DNA of 64,000 bases from Monocercomonoides exilis PA203 (lineage: Eukaryota > Protista > Preaxostyla), in contig LSRY02000026.1 in NCBI GenBank assembly GCA_001643675.2, forward strand, positions 1,255,189 to 1,319,188, read 5' to 3'. Below the pieces are notes generated by a model. That model had not been told where the DNA came from, did no database searches, and saw only the letters and a list, made by a program, of their open reading frames with translations. This document shows, in pieces, positions 24,871-38,546 of the stretch (its first letter is position 1; every line of letters begins with the position of its first letter). The position numbers were made by a program, and so were the translations under genes.

Positions 24871-27800
24871 ATGACACATCTCAACATCATCCCTCTCAGT
24901 AACTGTCCACTCCTCACTGCCCAACACCACTCCGCTGCCTCCATCTGCTCCTCCACTTGCCAAGTCCAACCAGCAACAAAATCTCCACTTTTCCTCTCTG
25001 CCCATGCCTCCCTCGCACTCACAAACTTCTCCCTCGCCACCCCTCAACCAGCCATCTTCTCCTTCCTCCTCTTCTCCACACCAAACAGTCTCCTCTCAGA
25101 TCCCCACTCTCCGATCCCTGCCTCCTTCTCCATCTCCCACTCCTCTTTCTCCTCATTCATCTCCCTCATCCAGCCTTTCCTTTTTTCTCCTTCTTCCCTA
25201 TCTTCCCCTTCCCCTTCCCCTTCTCCATCCCTTTCCTTTTCTGCTTCATCTTTCTCATCCTCATCCTCATCATCTTCTTTTTCTTCTCCTTCTCCTTCAC
25301 CTTCTCCTTCTATTTCCTCTTCCTCTTCCCCTTCCCCTCTCCATATCCATCATCAATCCCATCCCCACCTCCAAATCCACCTCAACCTCCATTTCTCAAA
25401 CACCCTTTTCTCAAACATCTCATCTCCTCAATCCCATCCATCTCTTCCATCCCTTCCTTCACACTCACTCAACCCATTCACCTCAACCACCTCTTCCTCT
25501 TCTCTCTCTTCCACCAACACCTTCATCAATATAATCCCCTCCTTCTCTCTTCACTCTTCTTTCCACTTCCTCTCATCCACATACACTGTCTGGCACAGCT
25601 GGCTCATCCTCTCCCCTTTCTCATCTCTCCTTCGCTCCTCGTTCTCCTCTCCTCTTCACTCTGCAGGAGTCGCTGTAACTGACTTCTTTGCTCATGCACT
25701 CATCCATCAGCCTCTTACTCACGCTGAATCTTTTGCTCTTTCCTTGTCATTCGTCCATCCGCCTTTATCTGCCTTACAAACACTCCAAAGAACACAGTCT
25801 CCTTCTCATCCATATTCATGTTCATATTCTACCTCTTCTTCTTCTTCCATCTGTTCCTCTTCTTCACTCACCCCACCTACCGGCTATGATGAAAGCCCCT
25901 CTTCCTTCGCACCTTCTGAACAATCAAACTCACCCGACTCTCCCTCTGCCTTCCTCAGCCCCCTCTCTGCACATAAGTCTCTTTCTGTACGTGCTGCTGC
26001 CTCTCCTCTCAGAAGATCCACCGATTCTAATTCGGAAAGTTGGCTGCAGCCAATCCCGCCAACACCTTCAGACAGAATTGAAGGCATTGACGGCACAGTG
26101 GCTGTTCTCGAGACACTAAGCGAGATCGACGAAGCACGAAGTCCTGGGTTCAAGGCACGCACAAAACAGTTCGATTATCAATATGAAAAGATCACAACAC
26201 TCTCTGCGCTTTTAGCAGATAATGGACATTGCAGTGCAGATTAGAACAAGCTATTCTTCTTCATCATCATTCAAGGCATCATTGTCACATGCTTATATAC
26301 CAATTTGTGCTCTAACCTTTTCTTCACATCAGATTCAAAACTTGTGTGGTATATCCAACAGCTCTCAAAACACAGGTGCATATGCAGCTGCCTCAGCCAC
26401 AACTGCCCTGCCTCAGTCTGTCCTCCTCTTCTCCCCCATTATCTGCCAGTCTGCCCTCTTCCCTCTCCTCTCTCCACTCACCAAGGACATCGAGCTGCTG
26501 ATCACTCCAATTCTTTCCTTTGCATCGCAGCAGAAGGAGAGCAGAGCAGACAAAACAGCCAAGCAGCACTGCATGAACACCACAAACAGCAGCCAGCTGC
26601 CCTCTCAGCTGCTCAGCAGTACTGGCTAGATGCTCAGTGGTCACCGCATCCGGAAGATCAGCGAGGCAGACAGCGCAGCCCCATTGTCTCTGACGTCGAC
26701 GACGATGAACGAAGGTTTCATCACCAGCTGCGCCAGAACGTGTTCAGTCTGCTTGTCAATGCAGTCAATCCAATCATGTCTCCACTCGCATTCCACAAGG
26801 AAATGACTTCTTTGGCACAGAAAGGCTGGAAGAGAAAAGCAGTGCTTTGGGTTATCCACAGTCGGCTTCATCGTCTTCTGTATTGCTGGCTCCTGTTATG
26901 CCAACTTCTCCTTCATCTTCTTCCTCTTCTTCCACATCTTTTGCATCATCCTCGTCATCTCTTCCTCAAACAACGATGTATCTTCCCCCTTCTTTTCCCT
27001 ATGCTCTTCTCCCCTCTTTCTATTCCACCTTCATTTCCCGGCACCGCTCTATTTCTTCTGTCCGTGATGCCCTCTTCCTCCTCTCCTACACTATAAAACA
27101 AGCCTCCTTCGAGCACCGCATCATCAGCGCTGCGCAAAAGCGGAACTTTCCTGATTCCATTCTTCCACCTGATATGCTCTCTCTTCTCAACACAGAAGGT
27201 GACTTTGCAGAGAGTAAGGACTTCTTCTCGACAGTGGATGAAGGAGAGCTGAAAAGAGCAATTGGAAATGAAAATTCACTATTATTAGCTTTACTGTTTA
27301 TTTACTCAGAAATGATGGTGTACGATTCAGATGCAAATGGTTGAGACTTTGTGTGCTCACACAATGTCTGTGGAGGAAGAAATTTCCATACAAATACCAC
27401 CTTTTTCAGTCAAAGCTGCAATTCACAGCAAACAAATAAGAATCAAACAGGAAGAAACAATTCTTTATGTGAGATAAGCATCAATCCATTTGCTGATCCA
27501 TCCAACGAGATAATCGTGTCTTCTGAGCAGCAGAGGCCGCTTCAAGGAACAATCGGCGGCTTTCTGTTTGTGGCAGACAAGAATGGGATTAACGGATTCC
27601 GCAAAGCAGCTGTTGTGTCTACTCAACAGGCGAATGATCAGAAAGGGATGGGGATGATGGGGGTAGTATCAGCAGCAGCAATGGGGCTATCAACAATGGG
27701 CATTGGGATGTCCTCCTTCTCTGTGATGGCAACACAGTCACAGGCAGCATTCGCATCCATACGCGACACACAGCAGTCTGCGTGTATTCTCCCACAAACA

Positions 27801-29369
27801 GGCAGACACTCCTCATGTGCTCCTCTTCCTCTCTCCAATGTTCCCACTGCGATGACTGTCTCCTCCTTTCCACGTGGAGTGAGGTGGGACGGAGATGGAT
27901 GCAGCGGGCAGATCACACTTATCGACAATCTGACGTCACATGATGGCACTCAGAGGAGGGAAGCCAATCAGAGTCAGAATAGCAGCAACAACGGAACAGG
28001 GAATGAGAGGCAACACTCTCGTTCGAACTCAACCGAAACTTCATTTTCAATAATGAAGAAGCGAAGTGGGCTGGGCGCAGATGCGATGGAGAGAGACATG
28101 TTGTGTGCCAATCTGAGAGCTCTTTTCAGTGCGCCTGTGGTTGATCCATCAGTTTACACTGTTGTGGAAGAGCTTCCTCCATTCGAGCTGAACCAGCTGC
28201 TTCTGCACCTGTGCCTGTTCGACCCGCCCATTATCACGCGCGCTTTTCTGCCAGAAGACTCGCTTCTTGTGGTGATCGAGTGTGTGGGATTAGACGAAAA
28301 CTGCCTTTCCAGTGTTGGCAATGTGCCCAGCAGTGACTGCTTCCACTGGCTGCATCGCTTTGGTACTGTTCCTTCCTTTGGCAAGTGGGATGAGCAGTAC
28401 ACAGACAACATAAGCAAAATATACATCCTTCAGACGGCTGTGTCTGCTGCTCCGCCTGCACAGTTCTTTGTGAATGATACTTCCACTTTCTCATCATCTT
28501 CCTCCACCACCTCATCCTCCTCCTCTTCTTCGACAGGCGCGGCTCCTTCTCGTTCAAGTTCCACATCAAAATTAACCAACGCTCCATCTGACAATACACC
28601 ACCTCTTCAAAACTCTTCCTCCACGTTGTATGTGCCCTCAGTGAGAGAAGCCATTTTTGTGATGCATCCGAGCACATCCACAATGACTCCATCTTCTTCG
28701 AGTAAAGAAAACTACACTTCTGGTATCTCCCTCCTCCTTCTCCCAACAACCGCACAGCTTTCACCTTATTCCTCTTCCTCATTTGCTAAGCATTCTGCAT
28801 TCAACTCATCTCATCTCACTTATCTCCTCACTCTTCATCCTCCTCTTGTCGACTTTGGGCGCCCGTTTGTAATTGAGCAGCTCACCTCGTACGCCACGCC
28901 CAGGCAGCAAGTGACTGTAAAGGCGTCTTTTGAGCGATGTGGGCAGTCGATGGAAACGCGCATCACAGCCGTGCACAGACGGGGCCACGTGTTCAGCATG
29001 GCAAGGAGATGTGTGCTCAGAATGGCAAGTGCTGCTTCATCAGACGGAAAAGTCGCATCGGTGGGGATGTCAGCAGCAGCTGTGGTGAGCTTCGTGCAGG
29101 CGCTGAGTGAGATTTTGGAAGGTGTAGCTGTTGGTGGGATGAATGTGGCACATGGATCAGAACCGAAGGCGTGCTCTTCTGCTTCTCAACTAATCTCAAA
29201 GGCAGCTTTCAACAGAGATGAAAATGAGGATGGAGATACATTGTTGGGAGACAAAGTGCCTTCAGATGATGGGAGATTGTCTGTTCCTGCAAGAGCGCGC
29301 TCATCTTTATCTCCTCCTCCACCTCCTCAGCTTCCTTCCCTCAGCTCTTCCGTCAACCAGCTGGCTTAG
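24871..29369 (+). pseudogene. Ser-rich cargo gene of element A, several stops/frameshifts, function unknown
   Basis: ORF chain 24871-26244, 26305-27096, 26847-27344 and 27351-29369 in a GC-richer block; near-identical to the cargo of B. Confidence 0.6.
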
Positions 29370-29649
29370 CAGCATCTTAACCCCTCAAATCTTTCAGTCA
29401 CAAACCCAGTTTCATGCTCCAACGAAAAGTTGTTTTAATGAAATGTATTTATCATATTTATCTGTGAAAGTTTTTTATAGAAAAATGCAGAAAACCTGAA
29501 CACTTCTTCAAGTTGAAATATCGAAATAATCGATTGAAATTTTCTTTCAAAAAAAGTTATGATATTTCTATTATGGAAACGAATAAAAGAGCCTTAATCA
29601 AGTTATTGTTAATATTCCCCCTTTGCTTTATTTTTGCGATGAGGAAAAA

Positions 29650-30350
29650 ATAGATGAATATTTAGAAAATGAAAATCATCAAGAAGATGCAAGATAGAAG
29701 GCTGCCGAAGTAGAGAATGATTCAATGACGCTTGATAACAATGCTGTTGGAATCAATGAAGTCAACAGGGAAGAGATGTTGCTTGAATTGTTGGATGCAA
29801 TGGAATCGAAGAAGCCAAGGCATGCAGATTTATTTAAGAACGGATTTGTTACGAAAAGCAGTATCTATCGTGCTGCAAAGGCAAGGAAGGAAGGGACATC
29901 TGCAGAATAAAACGACGCCCAATTCTGAACAGGCGAAACAAATCTTCATTCTTCTCAAACATTAAAGATTAAATACAACCTGGTGACTTTCCGTGCGCAT
30001 AACATGTGAGACATAGTTGGATTTTTCTTTCTTTTTTTTAAAAGTTTTGGATTTGTATCTTTTTGTTTGTATTTAAAAAGCAATAGACGTAGAAGCTGAA
30101 TTTCAACACAAGTCAACTCCAAATTTTTAAGTGTACTGCACTTGGCAATATTCTTTTATCAATTCGAATGAGTACCTTCACTTGGTCCATCTTATCCATT
30201 TGTCAGTTGAGAGAGCTACTCATTCAACAAGTAATGCCTTTTTCTTGGTTTGAAAAAAAGACAGACATTTATTTGATGAGCATCAGAACAAATCGGAATT
30301 AATTTATAATTTGGATGAAGTGTCTTCATTTGCATCTGATGTCAAGCCCT
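29650..30350 (+). pseudogene. Remnant 5' half of pogo transposase
   Basis: Clear diverged match to 38547-39260 (LLELLDAMESKK, VTKSS.YRAAKARKEG, same intron, NLDE); the rest of the catalytic core is missing. Confidence 0.8.
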
Positions 30351-30850
30351 TTTTTGTAATCAGCTTTAAATGATCAAAAATTAAAGAAAAGCCTAAGTCT
30401 TTTCTTGCCCTTAGGTGAAAATTCTGTACACAATTTATGTTATTTGAATATTTTCAACTGTTTTTTTATAAGGGATTGGTGAGAAATTGTTTATTGTTTC
30501 AAAAATTATACGCTTTATGTTTTAAATCATTGTTTTTTTTTCTTTCTGTTTTGATACATGTTATTTTTCAAGTTTCATTTTCAATCAAGTTGGAATTCAA
30601 ATTATTATTTTGAAACGTTTATTTTTTAATGAATGAGATAGAAATAAATTTATTTATTTTATTTTTCAAAAATTTTCTAATTTTTTTGAAACAATGCGAT
30701 GTTTGAAATTTTTTTATTAATAATAAAAGCATTTCCATGTCAATTGGTTAATAAGACATTAAAAATACTCTTCAGAAAAAAAAATAAAATAAAAAATAAT
30801 CGAGTTCCGGGTTTATGACACGTCCCGGATTTTTTACACACTAGCTAGCT

Positions 30851-33190
30851 GAACTTTTCTGAATTTATCTTATCAATACGTATTGTATTAGTTAATTCGT
30901 ATTCTTTCCTTTATTTCCGTTTTGAGTCTATCAAAACGGTTTTCTGTCAATCTTTTTTGATCTTCAGAAAATTTTTAATATGTTTTTTATCTGATCATAA
31001 TTTTTTGTATCTTTATAATTTCTTATGAAATACAATGATCAAAGTTTTGAAACGCTGGAATCAGTAATTATAATTTATTAACGACACATTTATGAAGTGT
31101 TTGATTATCATCTTTCACTCTGATTCTGTGACATTTTTATCTCTAATGTTTTCGTTTTTTGAAGATGTGAGAGTTTTGTAATTTAAAAACGGATTGAATA
31201 TGTTTTCCCCATATAACTCTGAAGCTTTCCATTTATTGTTAATTGCGATTTTTGTGTTTTTCACAAAAAAATTTTCATATCAATAATGTTTGTTATGCTT
31301 TTTTATGAAAACAACAAAACAAGAGTTTTTTCTATGACGAAATTTATTGTTTTTTTATTTTTAACAAGAAAAAAATGAAAAGTTTCAAAACTGTTCATTG
31401 TTATATAATTTTTTGAGGTGTCTGAACAATAGAGGAAAAATAATAATAAAAAACAGTTCTAATGTTGACAATTCAGTAAAAACTGAAGGGGTGTTTGATT
31501 AGGTTTTCTGGTTGAATTTTGTGTTGAAGATGACGAAGCGGATGAGGAAGATGATGGAATTAAAGGAAACTGTTGTGATGAAGGTGGAAAAAGTGTGCTA
31601 ACAGGTTTCCATTGATTTTGGATAAACCATGACAAAGAATTATCAGCATTTTGAGGCTGAATGTTGTGCTCGTCCCTTCCCCTACTCAGTAAGTCTGATC
31701 TCTGCTGCTCTCTTTGGATCATAACTTTCTCTTGTTCATTTTCTCTTCTTTCTTTGGCTTTTAATATTGCGTATGTCTCATCTGAGCTATCTAAAATAAA
31801 ATTAAATATTAATATGGGCAACGAGAAGGAAAAAAAGTCAATAAATCAGAAAATAAATGCAATATGGGTATTTAAGTGTTCAAAAAACTTGTTGATTCTG
31901 CAGTTAAAGACGTAATTGTGGGAGTTAATGAATCTTTTGGATTAAGTTTGTTTCTTAATCTGGCTAGGTATCTTTCATTTGTAAGGCTCTTTGCTTCCTG
32001 TTTTCGAAGATAATCGCTTATCATTCCATCCAAAAATCTTGAATTTGCTTGTGAGTCATTCGCAGTGAGTGGATTATGAAGAATATGAAAATTAGTTAGG
32101 CAGCAAGCCACATTAAAATAGTCAGCTATTCGATCAATTTCGAATATCCATGGTTTGCGAAAGATGGAGAAGAGTGTTTTCATCCTTCCAAAGAACCTTT
32201 CAACTATTACACGATGGGAAGCAAGCTCCTGTGTGCCAACGGGCTTTGTTATGATAGCGTCAAGGTCTGGTCTGGCACCAATATATGCAGAATCAGCTAG
32301 AATTTTAGAGCCCTCCAGTTTTGATTCAAACAATGGATAATGCTCTTTGAATATAACATAGTCATGCGTGGAGCCTGAGTAAATAGCGCTAATGGTGCTT
32401 GCTGTGCCAACCTTTGGGTTAACACCCACTTCTGCCTTGACACAGTAAATGTGGTGTTTTCCACTAAAAAACTTTTTTCCATATTCCAATCGACCCCCTG
32501 TCCGATTAGTCGGAATCATAGTGCAATCAAGCACTATTCCAACATCCTTCATGCCCTCTATTCTGTCTTTGCGGAACGACAGAAAAAGATCGGCCAAAGG
32601 CGCTCGAAGACGAGACACAATGGAATGAAGCAGTCTAACAGTCGCACTTTGATAGTCGAGTTTTTTTTGAGGCAAGGATGTTTGTGAGGGTACAAGAGCC
32701 GTGATGGAGAACATTCAAAAGCAAAAATAATTGCTCTTCCTGTGTGTTAATTGCTTTTGTTTTTCCCCGATGAGGAAGTGAATCATCTGGAAGCAGCCTT
32801 AGTAACATGTCAAATTCTGATCGCACAAAGCCCGTGAGTCAAAAGAATGCACGAGATGGGTCCTTCACATCTTTGTATGCACATTCGATAAGTGATAAGT
32901 TTTCTTTTCTTTTCGTTGATTCAAAATGTTCAGGGATTGCGTTTCTTCTTTCAACACATTCCAAAACATCCAAAAGTGGAGCTTGAGACATCTCAAAAAA
33001 TTGTTGAAAATTATGTCAACAAAAATACCCTTAATAAGGATACCATTTTTTATGATCACGATCCCATGATTAATGATATTGGACTTGACTCAATCAAAAC
33101 GGTTTTGAGTCTAACTTTTTGGTTTTATGAACTACTAATTGGACTCAGACTGAGCTAACGGGTATTGATTAAGTAATTTCGTTTAAGTTC
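30851..33190 (-). mobile_element. Harbinger-like element H2
   Basis: Imperfect ~30-bp TIRs GAACTTTTCTGAATTTATCTTATCAATAC versus revcomp GAACTTAAACGAAATTACTTAATCAATAC; subterminal GACTCAATCA-type motifs; contains the transposase. Confidence 0.7.
31459..32991 (-). pseudogene. Harbinger-like transposase H2 (early TGA plus frameshift)
   Basis: MSQAPLLDVLECVERRN..., GIVLDCT, FSGKHHIYCVK, GSTHD, ILADSAY, RVIVERFFGRMK. The 98-nt intron 31888..31791 joins the tail exon containing WFIQNQWK and TPLQFLL. Confidence 0.9.
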
Positions 33191-33769
33191 TAGCGTGTCA
33201 AATACCCGGGAATAATTCCCTTTCTAATTATTAAAAAAAGATCAAACAAAAATAAATCCCATTTTGAGTTCGAAGCAAAATGTTCTTAGTGATTTTTCTT
33301 TCTAATATGAACAAGTTGACTTGAAACAACTTATGATTCAACTGTTCATTTGAATGTTTGTAACATTTTTTCTTTGTTTTATTCACTAACTTCTAATTCT
33401 TTGATAATTGCTTTTTCATATTTTTCATTCGATTATTCGATGAATCCAAATAAATGCAAAAATAACAGATGTAATTATTCACCACAATTCATGTGGAAGA
33501 ATGTACAAATGAGTTTTTATAAAATTCAACAAGTTTTTAAAGTTTAAATTGTTATCACACATTATTAAGTTTGGAATAAAATATTCTCATAGTGTGTGAA
33601 ATATTCACTAATATAACTGTTTTTATTGATTTACCGTTACGAATTCTTTCCAGTTATAAGCAATCAAAAGTCAATACTGAAATGTGCTCGCGAAGAAGTT
33701 GAAAATCCAAGATGCAATTATTTCGCCTGTGTGATAACAAATCTCTTAATCATCAACACCTCCTTGTGC

Positions 33770-36700
33770 GTGAACGATCTCAACATCATCTCTCTCGGCG
33801 GTTGTCCACTCCTCACTGCCCAACACCACTCCGCTGCCTCCATCTGCTCCTCCACTTGCCAAGTCCAACCAGCAACCAAATCTCCACTTTTCCTCTCTGC
33901 CCATGCCTCCCTCGCACTCACAAACTTCTCCCTCGCCACCCCTCAACCAGCCATCTTCTCCTTCCTCCTCTTCTCCACACCAAACAGTCTCCTCTCAGAT
34001 CCCCACTCTCCGATCCCTGCCTCCTTCTCCATCTCCCACTCCTCTTTCTCCTCATTCATCTCCCTCATCCAGCCTTTCCTTTTTTCTCCTTCTTCCCTAT
34101 CTTCCCCTTCCCCTTCCCCTTCTCCATCCCTTTCCTTTTCTGCTTCATCTTTCTCATCCTCATCCTCATCATCTTCTTTTTCTTCTCCTTCTCCTTCACC
34201 TTCTCCTTCTATTTCCTCTTCCTCTTCCCCTTCCCCTCTCCATATCCATCATCAATCCCATCCCCACCTCCAAATCCACCTCAACCTCCATTTCTCAAAC
34301 ACCCTTTTCTCAAACATCTCATCTCCTCAATCCCATCCATCTCTTCCATCCCTTCCTTCACACTCACTCAACCCATTCACCTCAACCACCTCTTCCTCTT
34401 CTCTCTCTTCCACCAACACCTTCATCAATATAATCCCCTCCTTCTCTCTTCACTCTTCTTTCCACTTCCTCTCATCCACATACACTGTCTGGCACAGCTG
34501 GCTCATCCTCTCCCCTTTCTCATCTCTCCTTCGCTCCTCGTTCTCCTCTCCTCTTCACTCTGCAGGAGTCGCTGTAACTGACTTCTTTGCTCATGCATTC
34601 ATCCATCAGCCTCTTACTCACGCTGAATCTTTTGCTCTTTCCTTGTCATTCGTCCATCCGCCTTTATCTGCCTTACAAACACTCCAAAGAACACAGTCTC
34701 CTTCTCATCCATATTCATGTTCATATTCTACCTCTTCTTCTTCTTCCATCTGTTCCTCTTCTTCACTCACCCCACCTACCGGCTATGATGAAAGCCCCTC
34801 TTCCTTCGCACCTTCTGAACAATCAAACTCACCCGACTCTCCCTCTGCCTTCCTCAGCCCCCTCTCTGCACATAAGTCTCTTTCTGTACGTGCTGCTGCC
34901 TCTCCTCTCAGAAGATCCACCGATTCTAATTCGGAAAGTTGGCTGCAGCCAATCCCGCCAACACCTTCAGACAGAATTGAAGGCATCGATGGCACAGTGT
35001 CAGTGCTGGAGACACTCAGCGAGGTCGACGAGGCACGAAGTCCTGGGTTCAAGGCACGCACAAAACAGTTCGATTATCAATATGAAAGATCACAACACTC
35101 TCTGCGCTTTTAGCAGATAATGGACATTGCAGTGCAGATTAGAACAAGTTATTCTTCTTCATCATCATTCAAGGCATCATTGTCACATGCTTATATACCA
35201 ATTTGTGCTCTAACCTTTTCTTCACATCAGATTCAAAACTTGTGTGGTATATCCAACAGCTCTCAAAACACAGGTGCATATGCAGCTGCCTCAGCCACAA
35301 CTGCCCTGCCTCAGTCTGTCCTCCTCTTCTCCCCCATTATCTGCCAGTCTGCCCTCTTCCCTCTCCTCTCTCCACTCACCAAGGACATCGAGCTGCTGAT
35401 CACTCCAATTCTTTCCTTTGCATCGCAGCAGAAGGAGAGCAGAGCAGACAAAACAGCCAAGCAGCACTGCATGAACACCACAAACAGCAGCCAGCTGCCC
35501 TCTCAGCTGCTCAGCAGTACTGGCTAGATGCTCAGTGGTCACCGCATCCGGAAGATCAGCGAGGCAGACAGCGCAGCCCCATTGTCTCTGACGTCGACGA
35601 CGATGAACGAAGGTTTCATCACCAGCTGCGCCAGAACGTGTTCAGTCTGCTTGTCAATGCAGTCAATCCAATCATGTCTCCACTCGCATTCCACAAGGAA
35701 ATGACTTCTTTGGCACAAAAGAGGCTGGTGGGGAAAAGCAGTGCTTTGGGTTATCCACAGTCGGCTTCATCGTCTTCTGTATTGCTGGCTCCTGTGATGT
35801 AAACTTCTCCTTCATCTTCTTCCTCTTCTTCCACATCTTTTGCATCATCCTCGTCATCTCTTCCTCAAACAACGATGTATCTTCCCCCTTCTTTTCCCTA
35901 TGCTCTTCTCCCCTCTTTCTATTCCACCTTCATTTCCCGGCACCGCTCTATTTCTTCTGTCCGTGATGCCCTCTTCCTCCTCTCCTACACTATAAAACAA
36001 GCCTCCTTCGAGCACCGCATCATCAGCGCTGCGCAAAAGCGGAACTTTCCTGATTCCATTCTTCCACCTGATATGCTCTCTCTTCTCAACACAGAAGGTG
36101 ACTTTGCAGAGAGTAAGGACTTCTTCTCGACAGTGGATGAAGGAGAGCTGAAAAGAGCAATTGGAAATGAAAATTCACTATTATTAGCTTTACTGTTTAT
36201 TTACTCAGAAATGATGGTGTACGATTCAGATGCAAATGGTTGAGACTTTGTGTGCTCACACAATGTCTGTGGAGGAAGAAATTTCCATACAAATACCACC
36301 TTTTTCAGTCAAAGCTGCAATTCACAGCAAACAAATAAGAATCAAACAGGAAGAAACAATTCTTTATGTGAGATAAGCATCAATCCATTTGCTGATCCAT
36401 CCAACGAGATAATCGTGTCTTCTGAGCAGCAGAGGCCGCTTCAAGGAACAATCGGCGGCTTTCTGTTTGTGGCAGACAAGAATGGGATTAACGGATTCCG
36501 CAAAGCAGCTGTTGTGTCTACTCAACAGGCGAATGATCAGAAAGGGATGGGGATGATGGGGGTAGTATCAGCAGCAGCAATGGGGCTATCAACAATGGGC
36601 ATTGGGATGTCCTCCTTCTCTGTGATGGCAACACAGTCACAGGCAGCATTCGCATCCATACGCGACACACAGCAGTCTGCGTGTATTCTCCCACAAACAG

Positions 36701-38266
36701 GCAGACACTCCTCATGTGCTCTCTTCCTCTCTCCAATGTTCCCACTGCGATGACTGTCTCCTCCTTTCCACGTGGAGTGAGGTGGGACGGAGATGGATGC
36801 AGCGGGCAGATCACACTTATCGACAATCTGACGTCACATGATGGCACTCAGAGGAGGGAAGCCAATCAGAGTCAGAATAGCAGCAACAACGGAACAGGGA
36901 ATGAGAGGCAACACTCTCGTTCGAACTCAACCGAAACTTCATTTTCAATAATGAAGAAGCGAAGTGGGCTGGGCGCAGATGCGATGGAGAGAGACATGTT
37001 GTGTGCCAATCTGAGAGCTCTTTTCAGTGCGCCTGTGGTTGATCCATCAGTTTACACTGTTGTGGAAGAGCTTCCTCCATTCGAGCTGAACCAGCTGCTT
37101 CTGCACCTGTGCCTGTTCGACCCGCCCATTATCACGCGCGCTTTTCTGCCAGAAGACTCGCTTCTTGTGGTGATCGAGTGTGTGGGATTAGACGAAAACT
37201 GCCTTTCCAGTGTTGGCAATGTGCCCAGCAGTGACTGCTTCCACTGGCTGCATCGCTTTGGTACTGTTCCTTCCTTTTGCAAGTGGGATGAGCAGTACAC
37301 AGACAACATAAGCAAAATATACATCCTTCAGACGGCTGTGTCTGCTGCTCCGCCTGCACAGTTCTTTGTGAATGATACTTCCACTTTCTCATCATCTTCC
37401 TCCACCACCTCATCCTCCTCCTCTTCTTCGACAGGCGCGGCTCCTTCTCGTTCAAGTTCCACATCAAAATTAACCAACGCTCCATCTGACAATACACCAC
37501 CTCTTCTTTTCTCTTCCTCCACTTTGAAAGTGCAATTAGAAAGAGCAACGACTTTTGTGATGCATCCGAACACATCCACAAAGCCTCCCTCTTCTTCAAG
37601 TGAAGAAAACTACACTTCTGATCTCTCCTCCGCCCACTTCCAACAACCGCACAGCTTTCACCTTATTCCTCTTCCTCATTTGCTAAGCATTCTGCATTCA
37701 ACTCATCTCATCTCACTTATCTCCTCACTCTTCATCCTCCTCTTGTCGACTTTGGGCGCCCGTTTGTAATTGAGCAGCTCACCTCGTACGCCACGCCCAG
37801 GCAGCAAGTGACTGTAAAGGCGTCTTTTGAGCGATGTGGGCAGTCGATGGAAACGCGCATCACAGCCGTGCACAGACGGGGCCACGTGTTCAGCATGGCA
37901 AGGAGATGTGTGCTCAGAATGGCAAGTGCTGCTTCATCAGACGGAAAAGTCGCATCGGTGGGGATGTCAGCAGCAGCTGTGGTGAGCTTCGTGCAGGCGC
38001 TGAGTGAGATTTTGGAAGGTGTAGCTGTTGGTGGGATGAATGTGGCACATGGATCAGAACCGAAGGCGTGCTCTTCTGCTTCTCAACTAATCTCAAAGGC
38101 AGCTTTCAACAGAGATGAAAATGAGGATGGAGATACATTGTTGGGAGACAAAGTGCCTTCAGATGATGGGAGATTGTCTGTTCCTGCAAGAGCGCGCTCA
38201 TCTTTATCTCCTCCTCCACCTCCTCAGCTTCCTTCCCTCAGCTCTTCCGTCAACCAGCTGGCTTAG
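33770..38266 (+). pseudogene. Ser-rich cargo gene of element B
   Basis: Near-identical to 24871-29369, with additional indels. Confidence 0.6.
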
Positions 38267-38546
38267 CAGCATCTTAACCCCTCAAATCTTTCAGTCACAA
38301 ACCCAGTTTCATGCTCCAACGAAAAGTTGTTTTAATGAAATGTATTTATCATATTTATCTGTGAAAGTTTTTTATAGAAAAATGCAGAAAACCTGAACAC
38401 TTCTTCAAGTTGAAATATCGAAATAATCGATTGAAATTTTCTTTCAAAAAAAGTTATGATATTTCTATTATGGAAACGAATAAAAGAGCCTTAATCGAAT
38501 CATCGTTGATATTCCCCCTTTGCTTTGTTTTTGTGATGATGAAAAA

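Larger units (their letters stand above)
24293..30841 (+). mobile_element. Cargo-carrying pogo-like element A (defective)
   Basis: Imperfect TIRs TA|GCGTGTCAAATACCCGGGA ... TCCCGGATTTTTTACACAC|TA. Same ends and interior as element B; the transposase is decayed and truncated. Confidence 0.8.
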
